Shown: positions 47,830 to 58,911 of the stretch, in pieces
Layout: each line of letters begins with the position of its first letter
Position numbering within the stretch: position 1 is the stretch's first letter
NCBI GenBank assembly: GCA_035193785.1
Contig: CP136572.1
Coordinates: 864,001-928,000 of the forward strand
DNA length: 64,000 bases
Direction of reading: 5' to 3'
Source: Planktothrix sp. GU0601_MAG3
GTDB lineage: Bacteria; Cyanobacteriota; Cyanobacteriia; Cyanobacteriales; Microcoleaceae
Notes under the pieces: model-generated
The model's database searches: none
What the model was told of the DNA's origin: nothing
The model's input: the letters and a program-made list of their open reading frames with translations, nothing else
Made by a program: the position numbers and the translations under genes

Positions 47830-47859
47830 TCCGGATCAGTAATTAAAGCATTGGTATTC
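47830..47859 (+). promoter_or_regulatory. DIF1-like promoter (TCCGGA-N18-GTATTC) of the patX paralogue
   Basis: Perfect TCCGGA at 47830-47835. Confidence 0.55.
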
Positions 47860-47889
47860 AACGGTAGTAGTTTCAATAATCTGAGAAAA

Positions 47890-48127
47890 ATGTCTGACTT
47901 TATCACCATCTTAATAATCGGTACTATTGTGAGTTTGCCTCATGGTTTTGACCATCAAACTCAAAGTCTACAACCGCGTGATCCAGAACAAATTCAGTTT
48001 TTCGAGTCCAGAGAATTTCTTGTGTCTCTGAAACCCCGATCAAATAAAAACCAACCATCGCAGTCACGAAGATCAAGATACCGAAGATATTTCTCCCAAA
48101 CGCGGTGATGGACGACGGGATAGCTGA
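47890..48127 (+). CDS. PatX-like paralogue ending PKRGDGRRDS; frameshift near 48030
   Basis: Hydrophobic N-terminus MSDFITILIIGTIVSL; removing one A from GAAAC gives 78 aa ending TEDISPKRGDGRRDS*. Confidence 0.6.
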
Positions 48128-48167
48128 TCGGCAATTCTAATAAATTAATCGGCTGACCGTTTTTGTG

Positions 48168-49569
48168 TTATTCCACAGATTCCCCTCCAACAACGACATT
48201 GCGGATGCGTAAACTCGGGCCACCACAGCCTACAGGTAAGCCATTTTGTCCTCCTTTTCCACAACCCCCCGATTCATCCCAATAAAAGTCATCACCAATA
48301 GCCTCAATATCTGCCAGGGTAGTAAACACATTCCCCGATAACGTCACATCCCGAACCGGTTCTTCTAATTTTCCCTTTCTAATCATCCACGCTTCCCCGG
48401 CACTGAATGTAAACATTTCGCCATTGGTCATTCCTCCCAACCAATTACGAGCATAAACTCCTTCTTTCACATCACTGAATAAGTCCCCAACCGGAGTATC
48501 ACCCCGTTCGATCCAGGTATTTGTCATTCTAACCAAGGGGGGAAAATGATAATTCAAACAACGGGAATTTCCGGTGGGGACTTCTCCTAATTTACCTGCG
48601 GTTTCACGGGAATGAAGGCGACCAACTAAAGCCCCATCTTTGATTAGTTGGGTGGTGGTCGCTGGAGTTCCTTCGTCATCGTACTGATAGCTTCCCCGAT
48701 GTCCCGCCGGAGCAGCACCATCAAAGATTTGGAGATTTTTCGGGCCAAATTGACGCCCCAAGGTCATAACTTCTAATAAATCAGGATTTTCGTAGGCCAT
48801 ATCCGCCTCCGACAAATGACCAAAGGCTTCATGGACGAATAAGCCCGACAAAATGGGGTCAATAACAACGGTATAAACATTCCCTTTAACTGGGGGAAGG
48901 GCTAGGGAATTCACCGCCCGCCCCGCCGCACTGCGAACCTGCTCATCGAGATTTGTCAGGTCTTCATAGGCCTTGCGGGAACCTGTGGTTTCCCGTCCGG
49001 TTTGTACGGTTTCCCCATTTCTGGCGGTGGCGGCAAAGCGCATTTCCATATCGACCCAAGATTGTTCTAACAGAGTCCCTTCGGAGGTGATCAGAATTAT
49101 TCTTTGGGTGCTGTCGTTGTAGCGGACAGAAATGGTGGCAATACAGGGGTCAACACTACGCAGAATTTGGCCGTAGCGATCGCATAATTCTTTTTTTTCT
49201 GCCAAGGAAATTTGACGGGGATCGGTTTCCCGTTAAGGGTAGGTTACAGCTATCTTGAATAATGGGAATTGGGGCGAGAATGGTTTCTTCCGTACCAATC
49301 AGTTTGGCGGCGGTGATGGCCTCACCAATGCGATCTTCTAGGGTTGAGAGGCGATTAAAACTAGAAAAACCCCATCCGCCTCGATAGCAAGCCCGAACCT
49401 GACCGCCGATGGAAAGTCCTTCACTCAAGGTTTCAATTCGATCTCCCCGTAATAATATATCTGTTTCTTCGGCTTCTTCCAGACGAATAGCTAAATAATC
49501 TACTTGGGACTGGTAACGCCCCATTAAATCGGCTAACAGATTCTTCACATCGGCAAGCAAACTAGGCAT
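48168..49569 (-). CDS. tldD: TldD/PmbA-family metalloprotease (TldD-like); frameshift near 49225
   Basis: GLFVHEAFGHLSEAD, YDDEG, RMTNT, GGCGKGGQ. Confidence 0.88.
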
Positions 49570-49580
49570 AATGTTCAGTG

Positions 49581-49812
49581 GGGAATAGGGAATAGGGAAT
49601 AGGGAACAGGGAACAGGGAACAGGGAATAGGGAATAGGGAACAGGGAACAGGGAACAGGGAACAGGGAACAGGGAACAGGGAACAGGGAACAGGGAACAC
49701 CGGATCTGGCTGCGTCGTGAGCCTGTCGAACGAGAACAGGGAATAGGGAATAGGGAATAGGGAATAGGGAATAGGCTACGTCGTGAGCCAGTCGAACGAG
49801 AATAGGGAACAC
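49581..49812. repeat. STRR heptamer array (GGGAAYA)n with two embedded 26-nt SDR-like units
   Basis: GGCT(G/A)CGTCGTGAGCC(T/A)GTCGAACGA at 49708 and 49774. Confidence 0.9.
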
Positions 49813-49899
49813 CGAGTAATAGTTCTGGTTGTTTCATATCAGCACCAAAATATTATAACCTTGGCGCGGGTTGCTGTATTCGGATATTGAGCATCGGGG

Positions 49900-51096
49900 T
49901 TAAGGGGAATCTCGACGCTGGATAAATTCAAACCCGCCATCCTTATTTAACTGTATAATATTTCCTCTCCAGTTAATTTTTCGAGGGAGAAACAGGGTGA
50001 CAATAATATGAATTGGCAGTAAAATTTGAACTAAAATTAATATAATAATATGGGTTTTTGGTGTAGCATTTCTCAGATAGTTTTGATTAAAGTTATTTAA
50101 TATGGCATAATTCAAACCAAGGTAAATAACCGCATAAATTAAGGTATTAATAGAAGGAAATAATAGACCGTAGATAGAAACAATTAACGGGAACATTGTG
50201 GGGATAAATGCTGTTAAATAAAAGACAATTAGTTCGGGAAAATCGGAGAATTTTAAAATAGAGGCTTGGGGAAAGATAAACCAGCGTGTGATTAGGTTAA
50301 AATAGTGGGTGGAGTCTTGAATTTGGGTACTAATTCCATGACAAACGGGGGTTTGGGCGAGTTGATAACCCCGTTGGCGAAAATGTTGAGCGATCGCATA
50401 ATCATCGACAATAAATTTATCTAAAGCGGCAAAACCATCAACCTTTTCTAATACTTCTTTTTTGATCACAAAAAACATTCCATTAATGGTAAATGGATTA
50501 ATTAGATAGGTATAGGGAATATAGGTAAGTAGGTTATTGCCATTAACCACACTGGAAACTAAGGTTGACCAAAAATTAGAAAAGTTGACATAATAGGGTA
50601 AACCAAAGGCTACGCCAATCTCGGGTTTTTCTAAATAGGGTAGACATTGATCAAAGGCTTGATTAGGTAACATGGTATCATCGTCCAACACCGCAATAAT
50701 ATTACCCGTTGCTTGTTTTACTCCTTCAATCAGTTTAAACATTTTCGGACTAATTTGATTCGGGGATGGGGGTAAAGAGATTAATTTAATCTGGACATCT
50801 GGATAGGTTTCTATCAGTTGACGACATCCAATTTGTGCCGGGGTATCATTCTGATCAATTAACCAAATAAATTCTAGTTGATGGGAGGTTTTTAGGGCTA
50901 AATTGTGGCCCAGACAGTCCCATAATGTCGGATCACCGCTTAAGATTGGTTGTAGGATAGAAATTTGATGGGATGACACTGGAGGAATAGATTCAGATGA
51001 CCGTTGGGCTGTTTGGAAGAAATGTTGAATTAAAACCCATTTTATTGCCCTTTCTAATATAATTATTATCCCTAAAACTAGGATTAAAATATTCAT
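49900..51096 (-). CDS. GT2/GT21 ceramide-glucosyltransferase-like membrane glycosyltransferase
   Basis: SILQPILSGD, SPKMFKL, VLDDDT, VDDYAIA, LITRW, INWRG; TM helices at both ends. Confidence 0.82.
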   Translation of the reverse strand: MNILILVLGIIIILERAIKWVLIQHFFQTAQRSSESIPPVSSHQISILQPILSGDPTLWDCLGHNLALKTSHQLEFIWLIDQNDTPAQIGCRQLIETYPDVQIKLISLPPSPNQISPKMFKLIEGVKQATGNIIAVLDDDTMLPNQAFDQCLPYLEKPEIGVAFGLPYYVNFSNFWSTLVSSVVNGNNLLTYIPYTYLINPFTINGMFFVIKKEVLEKVDGFAALDKFIVDDYAIAQHFRQRGYQLAQTPVCHGISTQIQDSTHYFNLITRWFIFPQASILKFSDFPELIVFYLTAFIPTMFPLIVSIYGLLFPSINTLIYAVIYLGLNYAILNNFNQNYLRNATPKTHIIILILVQILLPIHIIVTLFLPRKINWRGNIIQLNKDGGFEFIQRRDSP

Positions 51097-51120
51097 AATT
51101 TCTCCTGATCAATTAATGAT

Positions 51121-52198
51121 TTAATATTCTAAAACCATTCCCCCCAGGGAGAATCCGGCGGAAGTTCCTAATAGAAGAATGCGATCGCCTCGGTGAATTC
51201 TACCTTGTTGGATAGCTTCGTGGAGGGTCATCGGAATGGAGGCGGCGATTGTGTTTCCGTGATTTGTGGCAATTACCATCCATTTTTCTTCAGGAATATT
51301 CAGTCCTTTGCGAATTAAACCCATCGCCATTAAACTGGCTTGATGGGGAATTACTAAATCAATATCTGCTAAGGTTAATCCCGCAGGTTGTAATAATCTT
51401 TCCATAAATCCGGGTAAAGTTTTTGCTGCTAAACGATAAATGGCGCGACCTTGCATTTTAAATAAAAACCGATCGATATTCTCGGAGTATTCCCGGGGAT
51501 GATAGCGATTTCCCGCGCCCAAACATTGGGATAAATCTGCACCTTGACTATAGGTTTCTAAGCGAGAAACAGATAATTTTCGATCCCTCCTGAATATCGG
51601 TTTTACCAATAATGGCGGCGGCGGCACCATCTCCAAATAAGGTGCTACTTTCTCGATCTTTCCAATCAATTCCTCGGGTAATTTCCGAGGCGACTAATAA
51701 CACCCGAGAATAACGTCCAGCATCGACTAAATAGGAGAGGGTATCTAACCCGACGACGAAACTCAAACAAGTTGAATTAATATCAAAACTAGGAATTCCC
51801 GAAGACTCACCACCCAATTGTTTTTGAACTAAAGCCGCCGTACAGGGAATTGATTGCTCAGGAACACTACTGGTACAAACAATACAATCAATATCACTTA
51901 GGGATAGTCCCGCAGTCTCTAACGCTCTTTCCGCAGCGATCGCGCCCATTTGAGAAGCCGTTTCATCTTCAACAAAATGACGCACCAGCACCCCAGATTT
52001 TTTTTGAATCCAAGCGGCTTCAATTCCTAGTTTTTGCCCTAATTGTTCGGCGGTAACTTGATTTTTGGGGAGATATTTTCCCGTTGCTAATAGTTTTACT
52101 CGCCTTGACTGCACTAAGTTTAGAGGTAAGGGGTTAGGGTCAGGGGTTTCTGTCCTTAAATGGTGGGAATCTTGAGGGTGGGTACGGCCAATAACCAT
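51121..52198 (-). CDS. 3-oxoacyl-ACP synthase III-like (FabH/OleA-type condensing enzyme); frameshift near 51566
   Basis: DINSTCLSF (Cys), LFGDGAAA, IPHQAS (His), HGNTIAAS (Asn); start uncertain. Confidence 0.88.
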
Positions 52199-52909
52199 AT
52201 TGTTATTAATTTTGAAAATATTTGAAAATCTTAGCATTATTTTTTTGACCTTGAGAACAATTTAAAGATTCAATTTAGATTCTCTGGGGTTATTCGTTTT
52301 GAGGTTTGATCCTAGGTGAATAAATTTTGATTTAGGTCGATTATCTAATCCGATCTTTTGCCAAAATGGGGCTCAACTATGTTGTCCAAAATTTCCCCTA
52401 CTTCTATAATTTAGAACGGTTAAATTTCTTCGCTTTTAACCTAGTAGTACCTATCTGATTACAAACGATTATCCCCAAAATCATTCCAAGTTCTCATTTT
52501 CACCCCTAGGACTGTTCTCCCCGCTAGACCTAAAATTTGTCTGGGTAGGGTCTTCCGAGATCAAAAGCAGATCCGATATCAACCTGAGCTTCAGTAGTGG
52601 GGGGCACCGAAAACCCAAAATTTTAAAAATTAGCTCATAAAACCGAGAACCTATGATAGAATCAAAAATTAGAGGTTATTAGTTTTTTGGACTAATTACT
52701 CACGCGAGAACTGAGCGGTTTTTGAAGGTGTGGAGCATACTCAGATGTATAATTCAAAATTGTTATGGCTGTGTTGTCCCTACGCCGGAGATCAGATGGG
52801 ATTGATTCTTTGTTCTGAATGCGAATCGATAGAAATTAAAACCTATTGACAGAAGTAGAATTTAGCATCAATCTTAAATTAACTCTTAATTTATTAGGTT
52901 AAATTTGAT

Positions 52910-54834
52910 ATGGTACCCAGAGAATTTTTAAAGACTGTAGCTGCGAGAGTTGGAATTTCCGACAATGAACTGGAAGTGATGGCGCGGGCAATCCAAGGAG
53001 AGCCCATGACCGCGATTTCTAAGCAATTAGGGGTTCGCAAGGATGCCCTGCAAAAGCGATTGGGGGAGGTGTATAGGAAGTTAAACATCAGTGGTGCTGG
53101 CCCAGGAAAATTAGCCAAACTCCAGCAAAAGTTGCTGTCGGAATATCAAGCTGAGGGCAATAATCAAGGGGGACAAATTAACGGTCAATCTGGCCGCAAA
53201 AAACGGTCTATGAGTGGCCTTGATCCCCAAGGTTTCAGTAGTAATATTTCCATTGATTGGGGGAATGCTCCTAAATTGGGAGTCTTTTATGGCCGTTTCC
53301 GATGCCCTGGTCACTTTAAAACAAGGATTAGTTACCGAACGCGCTCACCTGATGATTTTAGAGGGGATGGGAGGCATTGGGAAAACTGCCTTGGGGGTGA
53401 AATTGGTACAGGAAATCGCCCCGGACTTTGACCAAGTGATTTGGCGATCTCTCCGAGATAAACCTTCCCCCAGTGAGTTCATCGCCTCAGCTTTTCCTGA
53501 ACATTCTCAAGCACCCCTAGATTGGGATGATTCGGAACAGATTGCTCAATTGTTAAAAAGTTTGTCCGATTCTCGATATTTGTTGGTGATTGATGAGGTA
53601 GAATATATCTCACAACTTGGTAGTAAAGATGCGGCTTTCAAAAGTTATGAATCTTTATTTCAACAAATTAGCGAATCCTCCCATCGCAGTAGTGTTTTAT
53701 TAATCGGTTGGGAATTTCCGCAATCCTGGCAACAGTTCGCGTCTAAACCCCCTGTGCAACTCACTGGTTTATCGGAACAAGACGCTCAACAAATGGTTTT
53801 GTCCGGTCAAGAAACCTTCTATTTAGATGGAAAATTCCTCTCGGAATTGATTCATTTATGTGGTGGGAATCCCTTGATTTTAAAATTATGGGCGGCTAAG
53901 ATTCCTGATCTTACGGTGAGAAATTTGACGAAACTCATCAAGCAAAATACCTTAGTGATTGAGGAATTAGTGCGTCAATCCCTACGGGCGGAGCAGGAAT
54001 TGTCGGAGCTTGAAATTCGTCTGGTCTGTTGGTTAGCCGTCAATCAAAAATCTGCAACTTTGAGTGAGTTGGCAACGGATTTGATCCTTTCGGAAACGGA
54101 AGCGGAAGTACAGACTTCCTTAGACTTTTTAGTCGAGCGATCGCTATTAGAAACAACAACTTCCGGCCCTCCTATTGCCTATACAGTTAATAGTCATTTC
54201 CGAAGAGAAGTCTGGTATCAGTTGATGGGTAAATCCTTTAATGAATTGGGTTATAAACACTATTTAGAAGGGGAATTTCAATCGGCTAAAACCAATTTAT
54301 TGCAAGCCATTCGCTATCATGGGGCTTTAAGTGCGGGTCATTATAATTTAGGTTCGACCTATGAAAAACTCGACCAGTTTGAGGAAGCCAAAAAACATTA
54401 TCAAATTCTAGTCGATGTGGATAATAACCGGGCGGCCCAAGCGGCGGTTAATAATTTAGCACGATTGGAAATTTTAGATGGCAAAACCGAGGAAGCCATT
54501 GATAAATTAGAAAAAACCTTGGCACAGGTTAAGGATAAAGGAATCCGAGCCGCTTTGTATAAAAATTTAGGGTGGGCTTATTTCCTAGAAAACAATCCAA
54601 AACAGGCTGAAGTTGAGTTACGTCAATCCTTAGAATTAAAAGAATCTAATGTGGTGGCTTACTATATTTTAGCTCAAGTTTTGGAAGCCCAAAATCGCCA
54701 TAAACAAGCCCTACCTTTTTGGAAAACTGCTTTGGAAACAGGACGAATTAGATCAGAAATCTAATGGTGTTAGCTGGCGTTTACCCGAATTGCTGGCTTG
54801 GCGCATGACCGCCCGCCAACGCTTGCCAAAATAA
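52910..54834 (+). CDS. HTH (LuxR-like) + NB-ARC/STAND NTPase + TPR protein; frameshifts near 53295 and 54735
   Basis: N-terminal HTH (MTAISKQLGVRKDALQKRLGEVYRKL), DWGNAP..FYGR, GMGGIGKT, LLVIDEVE, GNPL, TPR repeats. Confidence 0.85.
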
Positions 54835-54879
54835 TTCCTGATGGTCTCTTTCCCCTGGTTTCCTGGCCGGGGGAATGAA

Positions 54880-55692
54880 TTATAATTCAATAGAATTATG
54901 GGAGGGAATAATTTTAACATCGGGATTATTTCGATATAACTGATTAATTTTTTTCAAGGTTTCTCGATAGGCGGTTTTATCGGCAAACAAGATATCCGCA
55001 ATTCGTTGGGGATAAATTAATTCCTGATACGCCCGATTTAACCAGCAAGCATCGGCAATTAAAAAATACTGTTTTCCCCTATTATCCGTTAAATATAAAC
55101 CCATTTGTCCCACCGCATGACCCGGTAATTCAATGGCAATTAAACTGCCATCTCCGAATAAATCAAACCCCTGTGCAAAGGGTTTTAGATTTTCTGGTAA
55201 TGTTACGGTATGATGATTTTCCACAAAAATCACCCGCTTCTCAAAATTATCTGGCATCAAACCCGATAAAAAACCCGCTTTTAATGCGGAAAAACCCCGT
55301 TTATTTTTAATAGCATTATATCCCGATTCAGAACAGATAAATTTTGCTTGAGGAAAATCTTTTAATCCCCCAATATGATCGGCATGGAAATGGGAAATCA
55401 TAATATATTTTATATCCTCGGGTGCAATTCCTAACTGTTCTAGTTGAGCCATAGCACTTTCTTGCGGTTGCAAATAAACCGGGGTTAATACCGCATACAG
55501 TTTATTAGGTAGAGATTGGGTTTCTTGATAAAATCGTTCAGAATATCCCGTATCAAATAAAATCCACCCCACCGGATGACGAATTAAGGCAAGTAACGCC
55601 GGAAAAACCACGGGTTTCCAACTTTCCCCCGGAAGCACCATAACTTCTGGATGGGTACAATATCCCGCCTTTAAAAACGTAATTTCCACCAT
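54880..55692 (-). CDS. Metallo-beta-lactamase-fold hydrolase
   Basis: LFDTGY, SHFHADHIGG, LPGHAVG, ADACW, PSH. Confidence 0.9.
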   Translation of the reverse strand: MVEITFLKAGYCTHPEVMVLPGESWKPVVFPALLALIRHPVGWILFDTGYSERFYQETQSLPNKLYAVLTPVYLQPQESAMAQLEQLGIAPEDIKYIMISHFHADHIGGLKDFPQAKFICSESGYNAIKNKRGFSALKAGFLSGLMPDNFEKRVIFVENHHTVTLPENLKPFAQGFDLFGDGSLIAIELPGHAVGQMGLYLTDNRGKQYFLIADACWLNRAYQELIYPQRIADILFADKTAYRETLKKINQLYRNNPDVKIIPSHNSIEL

Positions 55693-55731
55693 ATTTTGTT
55701 GTTGCTGGTTGTTGCGCTTCAGCGCATCCTA

Positions 55732-56718
55732 TCAAAATTTCCCACATCTCACAAACTCATCCAACCCCTGTTCCATCGAAATTAGAGGTTCATACCCTAA
55801 CTTGATTTTAGCCGATGTAATATCCAAGGTTTGGCTAAAGGCTAATAAACCCAGAGTATAACGAGTTAAAGGAGGTTCTTGTTCGGTTAATAAGTATTTA
55901 TAAATCCATTCCATTGCTGTTGATAGAGTATAGGCGATCGGGTATGGTAACGGTTTAAAATTTAAGGAAATATTCAGTTTTTCCGATAATCTTTGTAATA
56001 AATTAAACAATTCTATCGGTTCACCATTGCTAATATTAAAATATTCTCCTAATACCTGATCTGGTGCGGTTTGACATAATAACAACCCATCCACAACATT
56101 ATCAATATAAGTCATATCAATAATAGCCTTTCCCCCATTAATTAAGGGAATCCCCGTTGTTTCACTCACCTTTAAAAGTCGAGGAAAAATCACCGTATCC
56201 CCAGGGCCAAAAATTCCCCTAGGACGAATAGAAACTACAGGTAAACCATTTTGAAACCCGCGATTAATTTCCTGTTCGGCTAATTGCTTGGTTTTAATAT
56301 AAGGATGAATTGGATAGGGAGCTAAATTATCGGTTTCTTTGATATTAAACCGATGGGATAAATTAAAATAAACCGCCGAAGTGGAAACATAAATTAAACG
56401 TCTGACTCGATGGGTTAAACAGCTTTGAATAATATTACGAGTTCCGAGCACATTTGTTAAGTAAAAATCCGCCTCCCGTCCCCAAGGAGAGGATAACGCC
56501 GCACAATGAAACACATCCTCTTGTTCTGAAATAGCTGATAATATTTTATCGGAATTTGTAATATCAACGGATAAAAATTTAAGTCCTAATTGTTGTAAGC
56601 GATCGCCTATAATTAAGTTACGACCTAAAACCGTAACATCCTGACCTAAAGAATGTAATTTTAACGCCAATTTCTGCCCTAAAAATCCAGTTCCCCCCGT
56701 AACTAAAACCTTTTTCAT
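55732..56718 (-). CDS. NAD-dependent epimerase/dehydratase (3-beta-HSD / OleD-like extended SDR)
   Basis: TGGTGFLG, HCAALSSPWG, YIKTK, RPRGIFGPGD. Confidence 0.9.
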   Translation of the reverse strand: MKKVLVTGGTGFLGQKLALKLHSLGQDVTVLGRNLIIGDRLQQLGLKFLSVDITNSDKILSAISEQEDVFHCAALSSPWGREADFYLTNVLGTRNIIQSCLTHRVRRLIYVSTSAVYFNLSHRFNIKETDNLAPYPIHPYIKTKQLAEQEINRGFQNGLPVVSIRPRGIFGPGDTVIFPRLLKVSETTGIPLINGGKAIIDMTYIDNVVDGLLLCQTAPDQVLGEYFNISNGEPIELFNLLQRLSEKLNISLNFKPLPYPIAYTLSTAMEWIYKYLLTEQEPPLTRYTLGLLAFSQTLDITSAKIKLGYEPLISMEQGLDEFVRCGKF

Positions 56719-56739
56719 ATTCAGACTGAACTCAAGATA

Positions 56740-57973
56740 TTATAACGGTTCAATTTCAATGGAAACCCCAGTTTTTTTGGCATCGGGATCAAATTCAACA
56801 GTTAATTGGGGTAAACAACTTAAACGGTCATCAATTAATACCCCCGCACCATTTAAAGTTAACGCATCTAAACAAGCACCTGCTAAATTATCAATATCGG
56901 AATTTGTCCGATGATTTCCGAATAATTTAATCACAATTGCCGCTTTGCGTAAAGGAAATTTATGGGTAATATTTTGTTCTGAAATTTGCCGATAGATTTC
57001 TACTTCTGCACGATTTCGCCAAGCCCGATAACGGGGTGGTAAATAGGTTCCATTTTTAGTTACCCGAGGACGAGCTTTTGGAACAACAACACCAGGAATC
57101 ATTAATTTAATAATTTCTGCGGTTTTTCTCGGCGGTTTGGGCGGGTTAATGGGTGGAGGTTTCCGGGGGGTTAATAGCAGTAAATTCAACATCAATACTG
57201 GATTCTTTGGGGTTAATTTGAATCCGAGTTACAGGGGATTCTAATATTTCTAATGGCTCCTGAATTGAAGTGGTTGATTCAGTTAAAATCCCCGGTAGAG
57301 ACGTGCCATGGCGCGTCTCTCCACGGCTCTCTAAATAGCTCTCTCCACGGCTCTCTAAATAGCTCTCTCCATGGCTCTCTAAATAGCTCTCTCCTGCATA
57401 GAGTGTCTCTGGATTTAATAACGGAAAATCAGGTTTTGGAGATAGAATTTGAGACGATTTATCAGAAATATTTTTAACTTCATCCGTTGAATTTTGAACT
57501 TGAGAATATGGTAGAATCGGAATAATTAGGTTTTTTGCAGGTTGGGGCTGATAATCAATAGCCAAGGAAAAAATACCTGGATTTACCCCAGGCATTTTTT
57601 TGGCAATTTGCATATACATGGTGGCCGTTTGTTGGGAAAAAGTGAAATGTTCCTGAAACCAAACTTGCCAGTGTTCCGGGGATAATTGAGTTTGAACGTG
57701 TAGTAACCATTCCCCCGCATTACGCGCATGAATTAAGGAGGTTTGTGGGGAATCTAAACACTGTTTGTGTTCTTGATTAATCCGTTGGGCAAAATCGTCT
57801 AAAGTGGGCAGAGGGGGTTGAGAATCACTGAGGATTTGTAAATAGGTAGATAACATTAAATAAAAGTTTTGAAGTGCAACGGGGCTGCGATAGAAACTTT
57901 CCCCCATCCAGGAGAAAAAGGGGGAGGTTACAGGGTCAGAATGGGGGGAAAAGGGTTGATTCACTAACGCCAA
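56740..57973 (-). CDS. DUF3102-like N-terminus fused to a RusA-like resolvase domain; frameshift near 57159
   Basis: HARNAGEWL...WQVWFQEHFTFSQQTATMYMQIA; IPGVVVPKARPRV...SDIDNLAGACLDAL...GVLIDD. Confidence 0.7.
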
Positions 57974-58054
57974 TCAAGATAATGATTAATTCAGAACATT
58001 CAGTTAAGTTTTAGCATCTTTTATTCAAAACTATCCGTTTTGTTATTTGATGTT

Positions 58055-58787
58055 TTACTTAACTAAAACTCCGGGTTCTTTTTGCATGGGCAGCACATCT
58101 AAAATATCCTCTTGGGCGCAATACTGCAAGTCTTCATAACACCCTAAACGCAATAATCTTTGACCATGACTGGCATGATTTAATAATTCAAACAGGTTAT
58201 TTTGCCATTGGGAATAAAGAGAAATAGCGGCAAAAACCTCATCATTTCCCGCAAAATCATCCAAAGGATAACCCATTTCATGGACTAAATTTTGGGCCAC
58301 TGCTCCAGCACAGGCGGTGTCTTCGATGGAAAAACTACCTTCCCAACCAGAACCCAATACCCAAACGGTTTCTGGACTTTTGGCGATTAAATATTCCACA
58401 ATGGCCCGTCGATTAATAAAAGCGGCAGTTAAAACAACTGGGGTGGCTTGTATCCGTTCTAAACTGCGGGTTTCCGTTGGTCGTGGTCATAAACAATCGT
58501 TTGTCTTTGACAAATTCCGGGGTACAACTGAGGGGAGAATTGCCCAAATCAAACCCCTCCACCTTGGCCCCGCCCCGTTCACCGACCCGGATGCGTTTAT
58601 CGGCGGGCCATTTTTCGCTGGTTTGCATCAACGAGTCAATGTTACTAAAAACCTGTACCGCTTCGGCTCCAGCATTTAAGGCGGTGGCGATGGTGGTGGT
58701 GGCGCGGAGCACGTCCACGACGATGGCACAGTCGGGAAGAACATTCGCGGGGGCTAGTTCAGGAGTATGATAGACAAAAAATTTCAC
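58055..58787 (-). CDS. comB: 2-phosphosulfolactate phosphatase family protein; frameshift near 58470
   Basis: [16 protein letters not shown]...[22 protein letters not shown]. Confidence 0.9.
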
Positions 58788-58911
58788 GGTTGGGGTTATG
58801 TTTGATAGAATTGTCAGTTTTTATTTTACATAAAATTTGATCAATTTTTGATCATTAGATGAATTAAATCTTAAATTGACGAATACTTTTGTGTAATTAT
58901 AGCATGGTTTT

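Noticed and set aside
49156..49837. ORFs with (SLFPVPC)n repeats as a TldD extension or RiPP precursor
   Set aside because: Translation of non-coding heptamer STRR repeats; TldD most plausibly starts at 49569.
56740..57973. Prophage
   Set aside because: Only one gene with phage-like domains; no integrase, structural or replication genes nearby.
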